Source: Verrucomicrobiia bacterium
GTDB taxonomy: Bacteria; Verrucomicrobiota; Verrucomicrobiia; Verrucomicrobiales; DEV007
DNA length: 54,637 bases
Assembly (NCBI GenBank): GCA_030432615.1
Contig: JAUIGT010000001.1
Coordinates: 1-54,637, forward strand
Reading direction: 5' to 3'
Position 1 is the first letter of the stretch. The number at the start of each line of letters is the position of its first letter. Shown here piece after piece: positions 1 to 8,577 of the stretch. The translations under genes were made by a program, and so were the position numbers. The notes under the pieces were generated by a model that was given only the letters and a program-made list of their open reading frames with translations, was not told where the DNA came from and ran no database searches.

Positions 1-404
1 ACCACGTCGTCCTCGGTGAGATCGTCGTAGTCCTCGCTCAGTTCCTGCCACGGCAGGGAAACGATGTTCATCTCCGCCAACTGGCGGTTGACCTCGGGAT
101 TGTGAATGATCTCCCCGATCAGGAAAATGCGGCTCTCGGGAAACACCCGGCGCGACGCGTAGGCGAGGTCGATGGCTCGTTCCACCCCGTAGCAGAAACC
201 GAACTGCTTCGCCAAACGCAAGGTCGTGTTCCCGATGGTGAGTTCCCCTCCCCGGGCGCGGATCTTTTCCACGATCGAACTGCGGTAGTGCGTCTCCACC
301 TCGGCCTGGACCCGCTCCATCACCTCGGGCGTGCGGACATTGACCCGCCGGGTGGATCGGCGGGCGGCGGGAGCGGCGGATTTCTCGGGAGCGGCGGAAG
401 ACAT
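1..404 (-). CDS. ispH: 4-hydroxy-3-methylbut-2-enyl diphosphate reductase (IspH/LytB), N-terminal part; gene continues past the left window edge
   Basis: Not in the ORF track because it is truncated. Reverse-strand ATG at 404..402. My translation MSSAAPEKSAAPAARRSTRRVNVRTPEVMERVQAEVETHYRSSIVEKIRARGGELTIGNTTLRLAKQFGFCYGVERAIDLAYASRRVFPESRIFLIGEIIHNPEVNRQL contains the IspH-type FGFCxGVxRAI and GEIIHNP motifs. Confidence 0.85.
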   Translation of the reverse strand, partial: MSSAAPEKSAAPAARRSTRRVNVRTPEVMERVQAEVETHYRSSIVEKIRARGGELTIGNTTLRLAKQFGFCYGVERAIDLAYASRRVFPESRIFLIGEIIHNPEVNRQLAEMNIVSLPWQELSEDYDDLTEDDV

Positions 405-473
405 GACGTTTCCCAACAAGACTTCAGGAGCGGGGCGGCGTCAACCACCGCCGGACCTGCCGTTGCGCCCCCT

Positions 474-1145
474 TCACTGCCGCAGGCGCTTGCCCATGAT
501 ATCGACCAGCGCGGCGTCGCTGATCATGTAGGAAGCCGGCGGATCGGGATCGGCATAGTCCGTGGGCCGCTTCAGGTTGCGCCCCAGGGTGGCGTCCTCC
601 GGCTGGGTCCTGGCGATGTGGATCGGCGCGCCCTGCGGAACGATGGAGAAGAATTTCGGGGCCACGTTCTGGTGCAAGCGGAGGCAACCGTGCGACCGAG
701 GAGTCGGCCAGACCGATCCCGCGTGAAAACCGTAGCCGGGCTTGAACTCGACCCAGTAGGGCATCGGATATCCGACGTAGCGTGCGCCTCGCGGCGTGTT
801 GGCGCTCTTGCCCGGGCGAATGTTGGAACCGTTCACGTGAAAGCCGTAGGTGTTCGACCGCTTGCGGGCGTCCTTGCGAAAGGCGGTGAAACGTCCCATC
901 GGCGTCGGGGTCTCTGGTCGCCCGATGGCCACCGGTGTCACCAGGAGCGGCCGATCCTTCTCCATCACGTAGACCGCCCGATTCTGCAGGCTGACTTTCA
1001 CCACCACGTCATCGGGATCGTTGGGCGGCAGGGCCACCGCATCGTATTCCGCCTCCGGAAGCGAGGCGCATCCGATCAGGCCCAGCACCGCTCCGGCAAA
1101 GGCGAGAGCTCGAATCGAAACGGAAAAAACGGAAAGGAAACTCAT
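474..1145 (-). CDS. L,D-transpeptidase (YkuD domain) lipoprotein
   Basis: 223-aa ORF with ATG start. Signal/lipobox LGLIGCAS. YkuD catalytic motif GFHAGSVWPTPRSHGCLRLH. Confidence 0.85.
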   Translation of the reverse strand: MSFLSVFSVSIRALAFAGAVLGLIGCASLPEAEYDAVALPPNDPDDVVVKVSLQNRAVYVMEKDRPLLVTPVAIGRPETPTPMGRFTAFRKDARKRSNTYGFHVNGSNIRPGKSANTPRGARYVGYPMPYWVEFKPGYGFHAGSVWPTPRSHGCLRLHQNVAPKFFSIVPQGAPIHIARTQPEDATLGRNLKRPTDYADPDPPASYMISDAALVDIMGKRLRQ

Positions 1146-1327
1146 GGCAGATCAACGGGAAGGAACGTTCGGTTGCCAGCATAAACCACCTTCCCTGGTG
1201 CGCGAATCGGAACTCTTTTCGAAAAAATGACATTTTATGCAGATTAATTGTTGACATCTCTTAATCATCTGACATCCTGACTACGGTTACTTTCTCGGTA
1301 ACTGTCTGTTTGTGTTTCGTGTTTCGG

Positions 1328-1363
1328 AATTACCCAGTCCCTTCGGGGGCTGGGTAATTTTTT
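1328..1363 (+). terminator. Rho-independent terminator-like hairpin with no upstream plus-strand gene
   Basis: 14-bp stem (1328-1341 pairs with 1346-1359, one G-U pair), UUCG tetraloop at 1342-1345, then a T-run through 1363. The U-tract exists only in the plus orientation. Confidence 0.7.
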
Positions 1364-1404
1364 GGACAAATGCCGGCGCTTCGGGGAATGATGGTCTGTT
1401 TCCC

Positions 1405-2061
1405 ATGAGTTTTTCCCCTCCCCCGCTACTCGTTCTCTGTCTCGGCTTGGCGCTGCCGTTGGCCGGCTGCATCACCACCCCCAAGGACACCGAGGGCCGG
1501 AATTTCCAGGCCCGCTACCGCGGCTTCAACTATTGCGGGGTCGAGGCCGTGAAGCAGTCCCGACAACTTTCCTGCGGTGCCGCCGCGCTGACCGCGGTGC
1601 TGAACTACTGGATCGAGGACGACCCCTCGCGCTCGCGGTTCGAGGAAAAAAAGCTCATCGAGAAGTATCCCGCGAGGTCACCCGAAGGATATCCCATTCT
1701 CCAATTGCGGGAAATGGCCCTCCAGGAGGGCTTCGCCGCCTTCGCCTTGACCATGGATCGCGATCCGTGGAACCAGCTCGGGGAGCAGATCGACAACGGA
1801 CGTCCCGTCATCTGCGCGGTCAACCTTCCGCGTGGCAAGTATTTCGGCGGCTCCCTCCCCCTGGTGGAAACCCTCGATCGTCGCACCGTCATGACCACCG
1901 GCAACGAGTGGAAGAGCCACTACGTCGTCGCCATGGGTCGGACCAACGACGAGATCCTCCTCATGGATCCGAAATACGGCATCGTCCGCATCGGACGCGA
2001 CCAATTTCTCCACTTCTGGGAGCTGGAGAACTACGCCTCCCTCGTGACATCCACGATGTGA
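1405..2061 (+). CDS. Peptidase C39-like papain-fold cysteine peptidase, lipoprotein
   Basis: The track ORF starts at a GTG at 1312 and would run through the terminator hairpin. I prefer ATG 1405, which gives MSFSPPPLLVLCLGLALPLAGC (lipobox). Motifs are a Cys motif (QLSCGAAALTAVLNYW) and a His/Asp region (HYVVAMG...LLMDPKYG), as in C39 peptidase domains. Confidence 0.7.
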   Translation: MSFSPPPLLVLCLGLALPLAGCITTPKDTEGRNFQARYRGFNYCGVEAVKQSRQLSCGAAALTAVLNYWIEDDPSRSRFEEKKLIEKYPARSPEGYPILQLREMALQEGFAAFALTMDRDPWNQLGEQIDNGRPVICAVNLPRGKYFGGSLPLVETLDRRTVMTTGNEWKSHYVVAMGRTNDEILLMDPKYGIVRIGRDQFLHFWELENYASLVTSTM

Positions 2062-2139
2062 ACCGCGAATGGACGCGAACAAACCCGAATCCCCCAGGCG
2101 TCCTCTACTCGGTTCCGAAACATTCGCGCCGATCGGCGT

Positions 2140-3729
2140 TCATTCGCGGTCCGGTATTGCGTTGAGCGTGTACCACGCCTCCGCGTGCAGGAGCGGTGAT
2201 CGATCCTTCGACCAGACGCCCTCGGCATTCAATTCGTGGCAGTAGCCCGGGCGCAGGCCCTCGCAGGTCAGTTCCACCACCCGGCCATCCGCACTCACCT
2301 CCGCGCCGGTGATCTTCACTTCCTGCGAGTCGATCTCGTCGCTGCCGTAGGCCTGGTGATAGTTCCAGGTGAAACTCGTCATCGCGTAGGAGTAGAGACT
2401 CTTCGCCGAGTCGGGATCGACCGGCTTGGTGAAGGTGAGCCGGAAGCCCTGAGGACGCGCCTCCATCTTCTCGATCTCGAAGGGCATCTCGCCGGTCCAG
2501 ACCAGCCGCTGCATCCCGTAGCTCCGCGTGCCCAGCGAGTTCCATCCGCGGTTTGATTCCCCGATCACCATCGATCCGTCACCGAGGAAATCCAGGCTCA
2601 GCACCGCGCACTGCAAGCCCTTGCGAAAGTGGAAGCAGGCCCCCTGGTATTCGCCCTTCACCTTCTCCAGGAAGACCCGGCTGACGAAGGACTCGGTGAA
2701 CTCGCCGATGAACAACTGGTTCTCGAAAGGCCCGAACTTCCCCCCGGTCGTGTCGCAGAGGATCGCGGTCGTGCTCATCCCGATCTTGGTGTAGGGAAAC
2801 CACACCGCTGGTGGCACGTAGCCGGGGATCTTCTCGATCGCGTCCGCCACCGTGAGGCCCTTGGGCGGAATCTCGCCCGGATTCTTGACCGGCGACTCGG
2901 GCCGATCCACGTCACGGAGCGATTCCGCGTGCCCGTGAAACACGCCCTCCCGCAGGTGGATGAGCGGGTTGGTCCCCCACCAGTTGCCCTGCTGGTCGGT
3001 GGCGAAGACATCGCCGAGATGATTGGTGGCGATGCCGTGGGGCGAACGCAGTCCCGCACTCATGGGACGCAGCTTTCCGCCCTTGGCCGGCTTCATCATC
3101 GACCAGCCACGCCAACGGAAGTCGTCCTTGTATTCTCCAGCCACATCCTGGCCCTTGCCCATCGACTGGTTCAGCGTCACCCAGAGGTTGCCGTCCTTGT
3201 CGAAGGCCGGACCGAACGCGTATTCGTGGTAATTCCCGGTCACGCCCCAGCCTTTCGCCGCCGTGAGGTAGGCGTCGGCCACGCCGTCGCCATCGTTGTC
3301 CTCCAGTCGCGTCACCTCGCTGCGCTGCGCCGTGTAGAGGGCGCCGTCGTGCCAGGTCAGGCCGATCGGTTCGTGCAGGCCGGAGGCGAAGCGCTTCCAG
3401 GTGTAGTCTACCGGCTTCTCCGATTCCTCCATCGGATTTTCCAGGATCCAGACCTCGCCCTTGCGAATCGAAACCGCCAGTCGTCCGTCCGGAAGCGCGG
3501 CCAGACCGCTGGCCTCGAGCTTCAGGTCCTCCGGCACCGGGTAGGTGACCAGCCGGTAGTAGAGATTCTCGTCCGTCGGGTCGGGCTCGATCTCCTGGGC
3601 AGCGGCAACACCCGCGAGAAAAACCAACGCGAGTCCGATCCACTGGGAGCGCGGGCGTCTCGCCCGCTTCGCTGCCTCCGCCGTCCAATTCTGCGGGCGA
3701 GACCCGCGCATTTCCAGCAATCTCCTCAT
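2140..3729 (-). CDS. Secreted beta-propeller protein, glucose/sorbosone-dehydrogenase-like (PVC putative dehydrogenase family) with a C-terminal beta-sandwich
   Basis: This is the C-terminal 529 aa of the 970-aa track ORF. ATG at 3729..3727 overlaps the TGA of the upstream cytochrome gene (ATGA). Signal peptide IGLALVFLAGVAAAQE. Propeller-like repeats with GL/HG motifs (LHEPIGLTWHDGALY, RSPHGIATNHLGDVF). No CxxCH motif. Confidence 0.65.
   Translation of the reverse strand: MRRLLEMRGSRPQNWTAEAAKRARRPRSQWIGLALVFLAGVAAAQEIEPDPTDENLYYRLVTYPVPEDLKLEASGLAALPDGRLAVSIRKGEVWILENPMEESEKPVDYTWKRFASGLHEPIGLTWHDGALYTAQRSEVTRLEDNDGDGVADAYLTAAKGWGVTGNYHEYAFGPAFDKDGNLWVTLNQSMGKGQDVAGEYKDDFRWRGWSMMKPAKGGKLRPMSAGLRSPHGIATNHLGDVFATDQQGNWWGTNPLIHLREGVFHGHAESLRDVDRPESPVKNPGEIPPKGLTVADAIEKIPGYVPPAVWFPYTKIGMSTTAILCDTTGGKFGPFENQLFIGEFTESFVSRVFLEKVKGEYQGACFHFRKGLQCAVLSLDFLGDGSMVIGESNRGWNSLGTRSYGMQRLVWTGEMPFEIEKMEARPQGFRLTFTKPVDPDSAKSLYSYAMTSFTWNYHQAYGSDEIDSQEVKITGAEVSADGRVVELTCEGLRPGYCHELNAEGVWSKDRSPLLHAEAWYTLNAIPDRE
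3644..3710. repeat. Palindromic double-hairpin element, copy 1 (right arm degenerate), inside the 5' end of the propeller CDS
   Basis: Left arm tgggagcgcgggcgtctcgcccgc (3644-3667) is identical to 5448-5471. A 25-nt spacer follows, then the inverted arm gcgggcgagac-ccgcgca (3693-3710). The left arm contains the self-complementary core GCGGGCG-tct-CGCCCGC; the right-arm core lacks one base, so its hairpin is imperfect. Confidence 0.8.
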
Positions 3730-6008
3730 GGCTGCAACGAAATCGTCTGGGTTTCCACCTGGTCTCCTGTCTTCACCGTCCGCTTCAGGCCCCCGTTTCC
3801 GTCGGGCTCGACCCGATCCTCGATCCGCTCGCCACCCGCCTCGAAAAGAAAGGTCGGCACGCCCGCGGCGTCCTTGCGGAAACCGAGAAACTCCGCCTCC
3901 GTCGCCGGTCCGGGAAAGGCATCGCTCAACTCGGTCACGCCCTCGCCGAGCGGAGCCGCCGGCGCGCAGAAGCGATCGTCCCACGTGCTCATGGCATCGA
4001 GAAAGCGGCCCCGCCACGCGATCCGCCAGCGGCATTCCCGCGAGTCGAAAGCCGCGTTCACTCCCTCGGGAAAGCCCACCGCCACCGCCTGCGTACCGGC
4101 TCCCTCGAGGAAGGTCCGGAACACGATCGGCTCCCCGGCTTCGGCCGGCTTCAGTTCGAAGTCGTCCTCCTTCAGCAAACCGTCGGGAACCCGGCGCTGG
4201 TCGATCTCCTTGAGGTAGGTCCAGATCTGCTCGACCTCCTGGTCCGCCTTCTTCCGCCCGGTGAACATCGGCGGCATCATGGTGCCCGCCTGCGTCGCCT
4301 GGGGATTCAGCAGTAGTTCCTTGAAATAGGCCGGCTGCAGGCGATGTACCGTCTCGGTCAGGTCGATGACCGGCGCCCCGATGGCGCGGCGGCCTTTCAC
4401 CCCGTGGCAGTTCACGCAGCCGAGCCCGTTCACGCCCAGGAGATCGCGCCCGTAGTGACCGCGCTGGTACTTGGGCAGGCCGGTGACATCGATCTCGACC
4501 GGATCCTCGCGCACGTCCTCCTCCTCGAGGTCCGCCAGCAACGGCCGCAGGGCCGTCTCGTCGTAGAGCGGCATCCGCGCCTCCATGTAGGGTCGCACCT
4601 CGCCGTCCCCGCCGTGGCCGAAGAGAATCCGCTCGAACCATTCGTCGGTCAGCTTGCGCCCGACCTTGTCCAGCGACGGCGGCAGGTTGCCCCAGCGTCC
4701 GATGGAGAGCGCGGCCACATCGTTGACGGCGAAATACGGCTGCCGCGCCGTCTCCGGACCACCCTTGCCGGAACGGTCGTGGCAGGCGTAGCAGTTCAGC
4801 GACGTGAAAGTCCAGTCGATCCGTCCCGCGCGATCCAGCGGCTTCACTTCCCGCATCCCGCGCAGCGCCAGCTCGATGGCCTTCTTCTGCACCTCGTCGA
4901 GGAAGAACGCCGGCACCGCGCCGCCGGGCGGACGTTCCGCGAGACAGCCGAGCCGGTTTTCGGAATCGGAAACGTCCAACTCCACCAGCGGTTTGGAGAT
5001 TTTGGGCGCCGCCTCGATCCCGACGGGAGCCGGCTGGTGGCAAGCGACACAATTCTTCTTCGCGAACAGTTCGCGCCCGACCTCGGCTTTCTCCGGATCG
5101 AAGGTGAACTGCGCCGCCGCCTCGAACTCGGCCTTCAGCTCCTCGGGAATCTCCGGCTTCGGTCCGGACTTCAGGTAGGCCGCAAGATCCTCCGCCTCCG
5201 CCTCGCTCAGCTTGAAATTCGGCATCCGGCCCGACGGCCGATGCGCCACCGGATCGAGGAGAAAACGCACCAGGGCTTTCTCCTCATACTTGTCCGCCAG
5301 GTTCATCGGCACGCTCGGCAGTCCCGCCAGCGTGATCTCGGCACCCTCCGGCAGGTCTTCCGGAGTGTAGCCGACCTCCGGCGCGTGACAGGCCACGCAA
5401 CCGATCCGGTGGTAGAGTCGCTGCCCCGCCGCGACGTCGCCGCCCCTTGGGAGCGCGGGCGTCTCGCCCGCCCCGGAGCCCGAGCCATCCGCTGCCGCGG
5501 GCGAGACGCCCGCACTCCCAGTGGCGGTGATCTCCGGCCCTTCTTTGAGCGAGGCGAGAAAATGCTTCAGCGCCTCGACTTCGGCGAGGTCGCGATCCGG
5601 CCCCGCGAAGAGGCTCGGCATGATGGTGTCCGTCTTGACGAAGCGCGGATTGCGAATGAACAGCTCCAGGTCGAGCGGCTGCAGCCGCGCTCCGACACCT
5701 TCCAGGTTCGTCGCCGGACGACCGGTGAGACGATCCGCCAGGTTCTCCGGCGGCGCGTGGCAGGCCACGCAGTTCAGCTCGTTGAGCAGAACCAGCCCGC
5801 CCTCCGCGAGGTATTCCGGATTGTCGTCGCCGGAGTAGAAACGCTCGAATCCGACCACGAAGGGGTAATTCACCGGTTCCGCGTGCGCCGGATGCCCGGA
5901 GACCTGGGAAACGACCCCCAGGCTCGTCGTGACGATCAGACTCAACAGGGTCAGGTCCGCGACCCAACCCTGTCTGGTCCTTTTCCTGATCGGGGAGAGG
6001 CGCATCAT
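3726..6008 (-). CDS. Membrane-anchored pentahaem c-type cytochrome
   Basis: 760 aa with an N-terminal TM/signal anchor (ADLTLLSLIVTTSLGVV). Five CxxCH motifs: CVACH three times, CYACH and CVNCH. Confidence 0.85.
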   Translation of the reverse strand: MMRLSPIRKRTRQGWVADLTLLSLIVTTSLGVVSQVSGHPAHAEPVNYPFVVGFERFYSGDDNPEYLAEGGLVLLNELNCVACHAPPENLADRLTGRPATNLEGVGARLQPLDLELFIRNPRFVKTDTIMPSLFAGPDRDLAEVEALKHFLASLKEGPEITATGSAGVSPAAADGSGSGAGETPALPRGGDVAAGQRLYHRIGCVACHAPEVGYTPEDLPEGAEITLAGLPSVPMNLADKYEEKALVRFLLDPVAHRPSGRMPNFKLSEAEAEDLAAYLKSGPKPEIPEELKAEFEAAAQFTFDPEKAEVGRELFAKKNCVACHQPAPVGIEAAPKISKPLVELDVSDSENRLGCLAERPPGGAVPAFFLDEVQKKAIELALRGMREVKPLDRAGRIDWTFTSLNCYACHDRSGKGGPETARQPYFAVNDVAALSIGRWGNLPPSLDKVGRKLTDEWFERILFGHGGDGEVRPYMEARMPLYDETALRPLLADLEEEDVREDPVEIDVTGLPKYQRGHYGRDLLGVNGLGCVNCHGVKGRRAIGAPVIDLTETVHRLQPAYFKELLLNPQATQAGTMMPPMFTGRKKADQEVEQIWTYLKEIDQRRVPDGLLKEDDFELKPAEAGEPIVFRTFLEGAGTQAVAVGFPEGVNAAFDSRECRWRIAWRGRFLDAMSTWDDRFCAPAAPLGEGVTELSDAFPGPATEAEFLGFRKDAAGVPTFLFEAGGERIEDRVEPDGNGGLKRTVKTGDQVETQTISLQP
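5448..5520. repeat. Palindromic double-hairpin element, copy 2, inside the cytochrome c CDS
   Basis: Arms at 5448-5471 and 5497-5520 are inverted repeats matching at 23 of 24 positions, separated by a 25-nt spacer. The element encodes the linker TGSAGVSPAAADGSGSGAGETPALP between haem motifs 1 and 2. Confidence 0.85.
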
Positions 6009-6043
6009 TCCAGCATTCCAACACTACAAGAATCCACCCGCTC

Positions 6044-6634
6044 TCATGCCAGCGCCGGCTCGCGCTTGGCGGCCCGGGCTTCGTCGAGCAGTTTCATCCA
6101 CGCGCCCATGTAGTGACCGTGGTCGTGAAAGGTGCGGCCGCTGACGAGATTGCCATCGACCACGCAGGGCTCGTTCACGAAAGTGCCGCCACAGACCTCG
6201 AGGTCGAACTGGCACTTCGGCACCGTGGCCATCCGGCGTCCCCGCACCCGGTCGGCGCGGGCCGGGATTTCGACCCCGTGGCAGACGCTCGCGCAGGGCT
6301 TGTTCTCGTCGAAGAAATGCTGGGTGATCGCGATCAGCGCGGGATCCTCGCGGATGTATTCCGGGGCGCGGCCGCCGCTGAAGAAGATGCCGAGGTAGTC
6401 GCTGGGATCGATCTCCGAGAACGCGACCTTGGCCTCGATCTGGTAGCCTTCCCACTCGCGGGTGATGGTCCAGCCGGGGCGCACCTCGTGCATGACCATC
6501 TGGAAGACGCGCTTTTCCGGACCGGCCACGACCGGTTCGTAGCCGCCCTCGATGAGGCGGTAGTAGGGATAGAGCGTGTCGACCGTCTCGGTCGCGTCGC
6601 CGACGATGATGAGGACTTTTTCTTTGTCAGGCAT
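6044..6634 (-). CDS. DJ-1/PfpI family protein (class I glutamine amidotransferase-like)
   Basis: 196 aa. Nucleophile elbow PCASVCHGVEI, typical N-terminus KVLIIVGD, and GGRAPEY. Confidence 0.85.
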   Translation of the reverse strand: MPDKEKVLIIVGDATETVDTLYPYYRLIEGGYEPVVAGPEKRVFQMVMHEVRPGWTITREWEGYQIEAKVAFSEIDPSDYLGIFFSGGRAPEYIREDPALIAITQHFFDENKPCASVCHGVEIPARADRVRGRRMATVPKCQFDLEVCGGTFVNEPCVVDGNLVSGRTFHDHGHYMGAWMKLLDEARAAKREPALA

Positions 6635-6699
6635 AATTGGGGACAGGATTTACGGGATTATCAGGATGAGAAAATCAAAAAAATCATGTCAATCCCGTC

Positions 6700-7626
6700 T
6701 CAAATCAGCGCTTCGAGGTAGGCGCGACCGCGATTGATCTCCGCAGTCACTTCCGCAGCCGTCGGCAGGATGGGAATGCCGCGCGGCGTCGGGTGCATGA
6801 AGATTTCGGTGTAGCCAGCGTAGCCGATCTTCTCCAGGGCCGCCACCAGCGGGGCGAAATCGAGATCGCCACGACCGGGCATCTGAAGCAGCTCCAGTTC
6901 CTTCGGCATCGGCTTGGTACAGCCGTTGCCGTGCTGCCACGCATAGAACAGGTAGGTGCGATCGCCGAGCGCCGTGATCAGGTCGGCCAGCATCCCGGCG
7001 TCGAGCCCAAGGTTCTCCAGGTGATACGGCGCCAGCGCGATGCCGATGGCGTCGTTGGGCCGGAACTCGGCGAGCCATTTCAGGGAGTCGGGCGAATCGA
7101 TCAGGTTGTTGCCGTGGTTCTCGATCCCGATCCGCACCCCGGCGGCGGCCGCGGCCTCGGCGTGGGGTTTCAACTGCTCGCAGAAATCCTTCACCGCCGC
7201 CTTCAGTTCGGCGCCTGCGAGATCCTTCGGTCCCTTGCCGCCGCAGATCAGCAGGTCGCCACCGAGGCGGGAGACGAACTTCATCTCGTCCTGCAGGCCG
7301 AAGGGCCCGAGGTCGTAGCGGGTCGAGCAACCGAGTTTCACGTCGTGTTTCTTCAGCATCGCCGCGAAGGCCTCCTCACCCATCTCCGCCACCTGCTCGC
7401 GCTGGTTGCCGTGCTTGCGCGGCCAGATGTCGAGAAACTCGGCACCGGTCTTCGGAACATCGGGCACGATCTCCGCCAGCGGCAGCTCGCCATACATCGA
7501 GGAACCTACGATGTATCGAAATTGAAATCCGGACTCGGCGAAGGCCCGCCAGGCAACCGCCTGCGAAGCCAGCAGCCCGGCGAGAAACCGGCGTCTTTTC
7601 AGGGTGATCGGGGGATTTGACATCAT
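6700..7626 (-). CDS. TAT-exported xylose-isomerase-like TIM-barrel protein (sugar phosphate isomerase/epimerase family)
   Basis: 308 aa. Twin-arginine signal LKRRRFLAGLLASQAVA. RIGIENHGN motif typical of the AP-endonuclease-2 / xylose isomerase-like fold. Confidence 0.8.
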   Translation of the reverse strand: MMSNPPITLKRRRFLAGLLASQAVAWRAFAESGFQFRYIVGSSMYGELPLAEIVPDVPKTGAEFLDIWPRKHGNQREQVAEMGEEAFAAMLKKHDVKLGCSTRYDLGPFGLQDEMKFVSRLGGDLLICGGKGPKDLAGAELKAAVKDFCEQLKPHAEAAAAAGVRIGIENHGNNLIDSPDSLKWLAEFRPNDAIGIALAPYHLENLGLDAGMLADLITALGDRTYLFYAWQHGNGCTKPMPKELELLQMPGRGDLDFAPLVAALEKIGYAGYTEIFMHPTPRGIPILPTAAEVTAEINRGRAYLEALI

Positions 7627-7719
7627 CCCACCCCTAGCCTGCCGCGGTCGAAACGGCTATGTCGGAATCACGCCGAATTTGTGTCTTTTTTCCTGGCGCT
7701 AATCCTGTAGACTCGGCGG

Positions 7720-8565
7720 GTGGCATCGTCCTCCGCCCGCTCCCTGGCTCGCGACTACCGGGATCCCCACACTCGGCTGGGCATCGACCTGACCGCATTC
7801 TCCGGCGCGGGCGCCTCGTCGTTCCTGGTCCACGAATGCGGGTTCCTCCATTACGAGAACTGGAATCATCGCGGCATCCTCAGTCCCTACTGGCGACTGC
7901 ACCACAACTTCGCACCCGGCAACGCGGTGCGCTCGGACGGCACCGAGTATGCGCTCGATCCCGCCTCCGTCGTCCTCGTTCCCGGCGGCGTCACCCTGGA
8001 CACGCTGGGCCGGAAGACCGTGCCCCACCTCTGGATCCATTTCGTACCCGGCCAGGAATTCATGCTCGCCCTGCGCCGACCGATTGCGGTGGAGATCGAT
8101 CCATCGATCCGCGAAACCCTCGCGTCCCTGCGCGGGATCTTCGAGGAAAACGATCCCCTCGACAGCGGGCGGCGCATGCATCACCTGGGCAAGGCCCTCC
8201 TCCACCTCGCTTTCGCGAAACTGGAGGCAAAGCAGTTCCGCGCCTACCCGGATCGACTCGTTCGATTGCTGGAACACATCGAGACCCATCTCGCGGAACC
8301 GCTGACCACTCCCGAACTCGCCCGGCTCGCCGGCATGTCGCGCCACCGGCTCACCGAGTGGTTCCAGCGCCAGACCGATCTGACCCCGAGTCGCTACGTG
8401 GCCGACCTGCGTCTCCGCACCGCCATGCAACGACTCGCTTCCACCGATGCCAGCATCGAGCAGATCGCCGAGGACCTCGGGTATCCCAACCGCTACTACT
8501 TCAGCCGCGTCTTCAAGCAGCAACTCGGGTGCGGACCAGCCACATTCCGGCGTGGTCAACGGTGA
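7720..8565 (+). CDS. AraC family transcriptional regulator
   Basis: 281 aa with a GTG start as listed, so the start is uncertain. C-terminal double HTH: LARLAGMSRHRLTEWFQRQTDLTPSRYVADLRLRTAMQRL...IAEDLGYPNRYYFSRVFKQQLGCGPATFRR. Confidence 0.85.
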   Translation: MASSSARSLARDYRDPHTRLGIDLTAFSGAGASSFLVHECGFLHYENWNHRGILSPYWRLHHNFAPGNAVRSDGTEYALDPASVVLVPGGVTLDTLGRKTVPHLWIHFVPGQEFMLALRRPIAVEIDPSIRETLASLRGIFEENDPLDSGRRMHHLGKALLHLAFAKLEAKQFRAYPDRLVRLLEHIETHLAEPLTTPELARLAGMSRHRLTEWFQRQTDLTPSRYVADLRLRTAMQRLASTDASIEQIAEDLGYPNRYYFSRVFKQQLGCGPATFRRGQR

Positions 8566-8577
8566 AGGCGGTTCTCT

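Noticed and set aside
1251-1256. TTGACA as the -35 box of a promoter for the candidate sRNA
   Set aside because: No acceptable -10 hexamer lies at 16-19 nt spacing, so I do not annotate a promoter. The 5' end of any transcript here is unknown.
2140-5052. 970-aa ORF listed as a single minus-strand reading frame
   Set aside because: Only the C-terminal 529 aa (from ATG 3729) look like protein. The N-terminal part of about 440 aa is Arg/Gly/Ala-rich nonsense lying out of frame over the well-supported pentahaem cytochrome gene (3726-6008).
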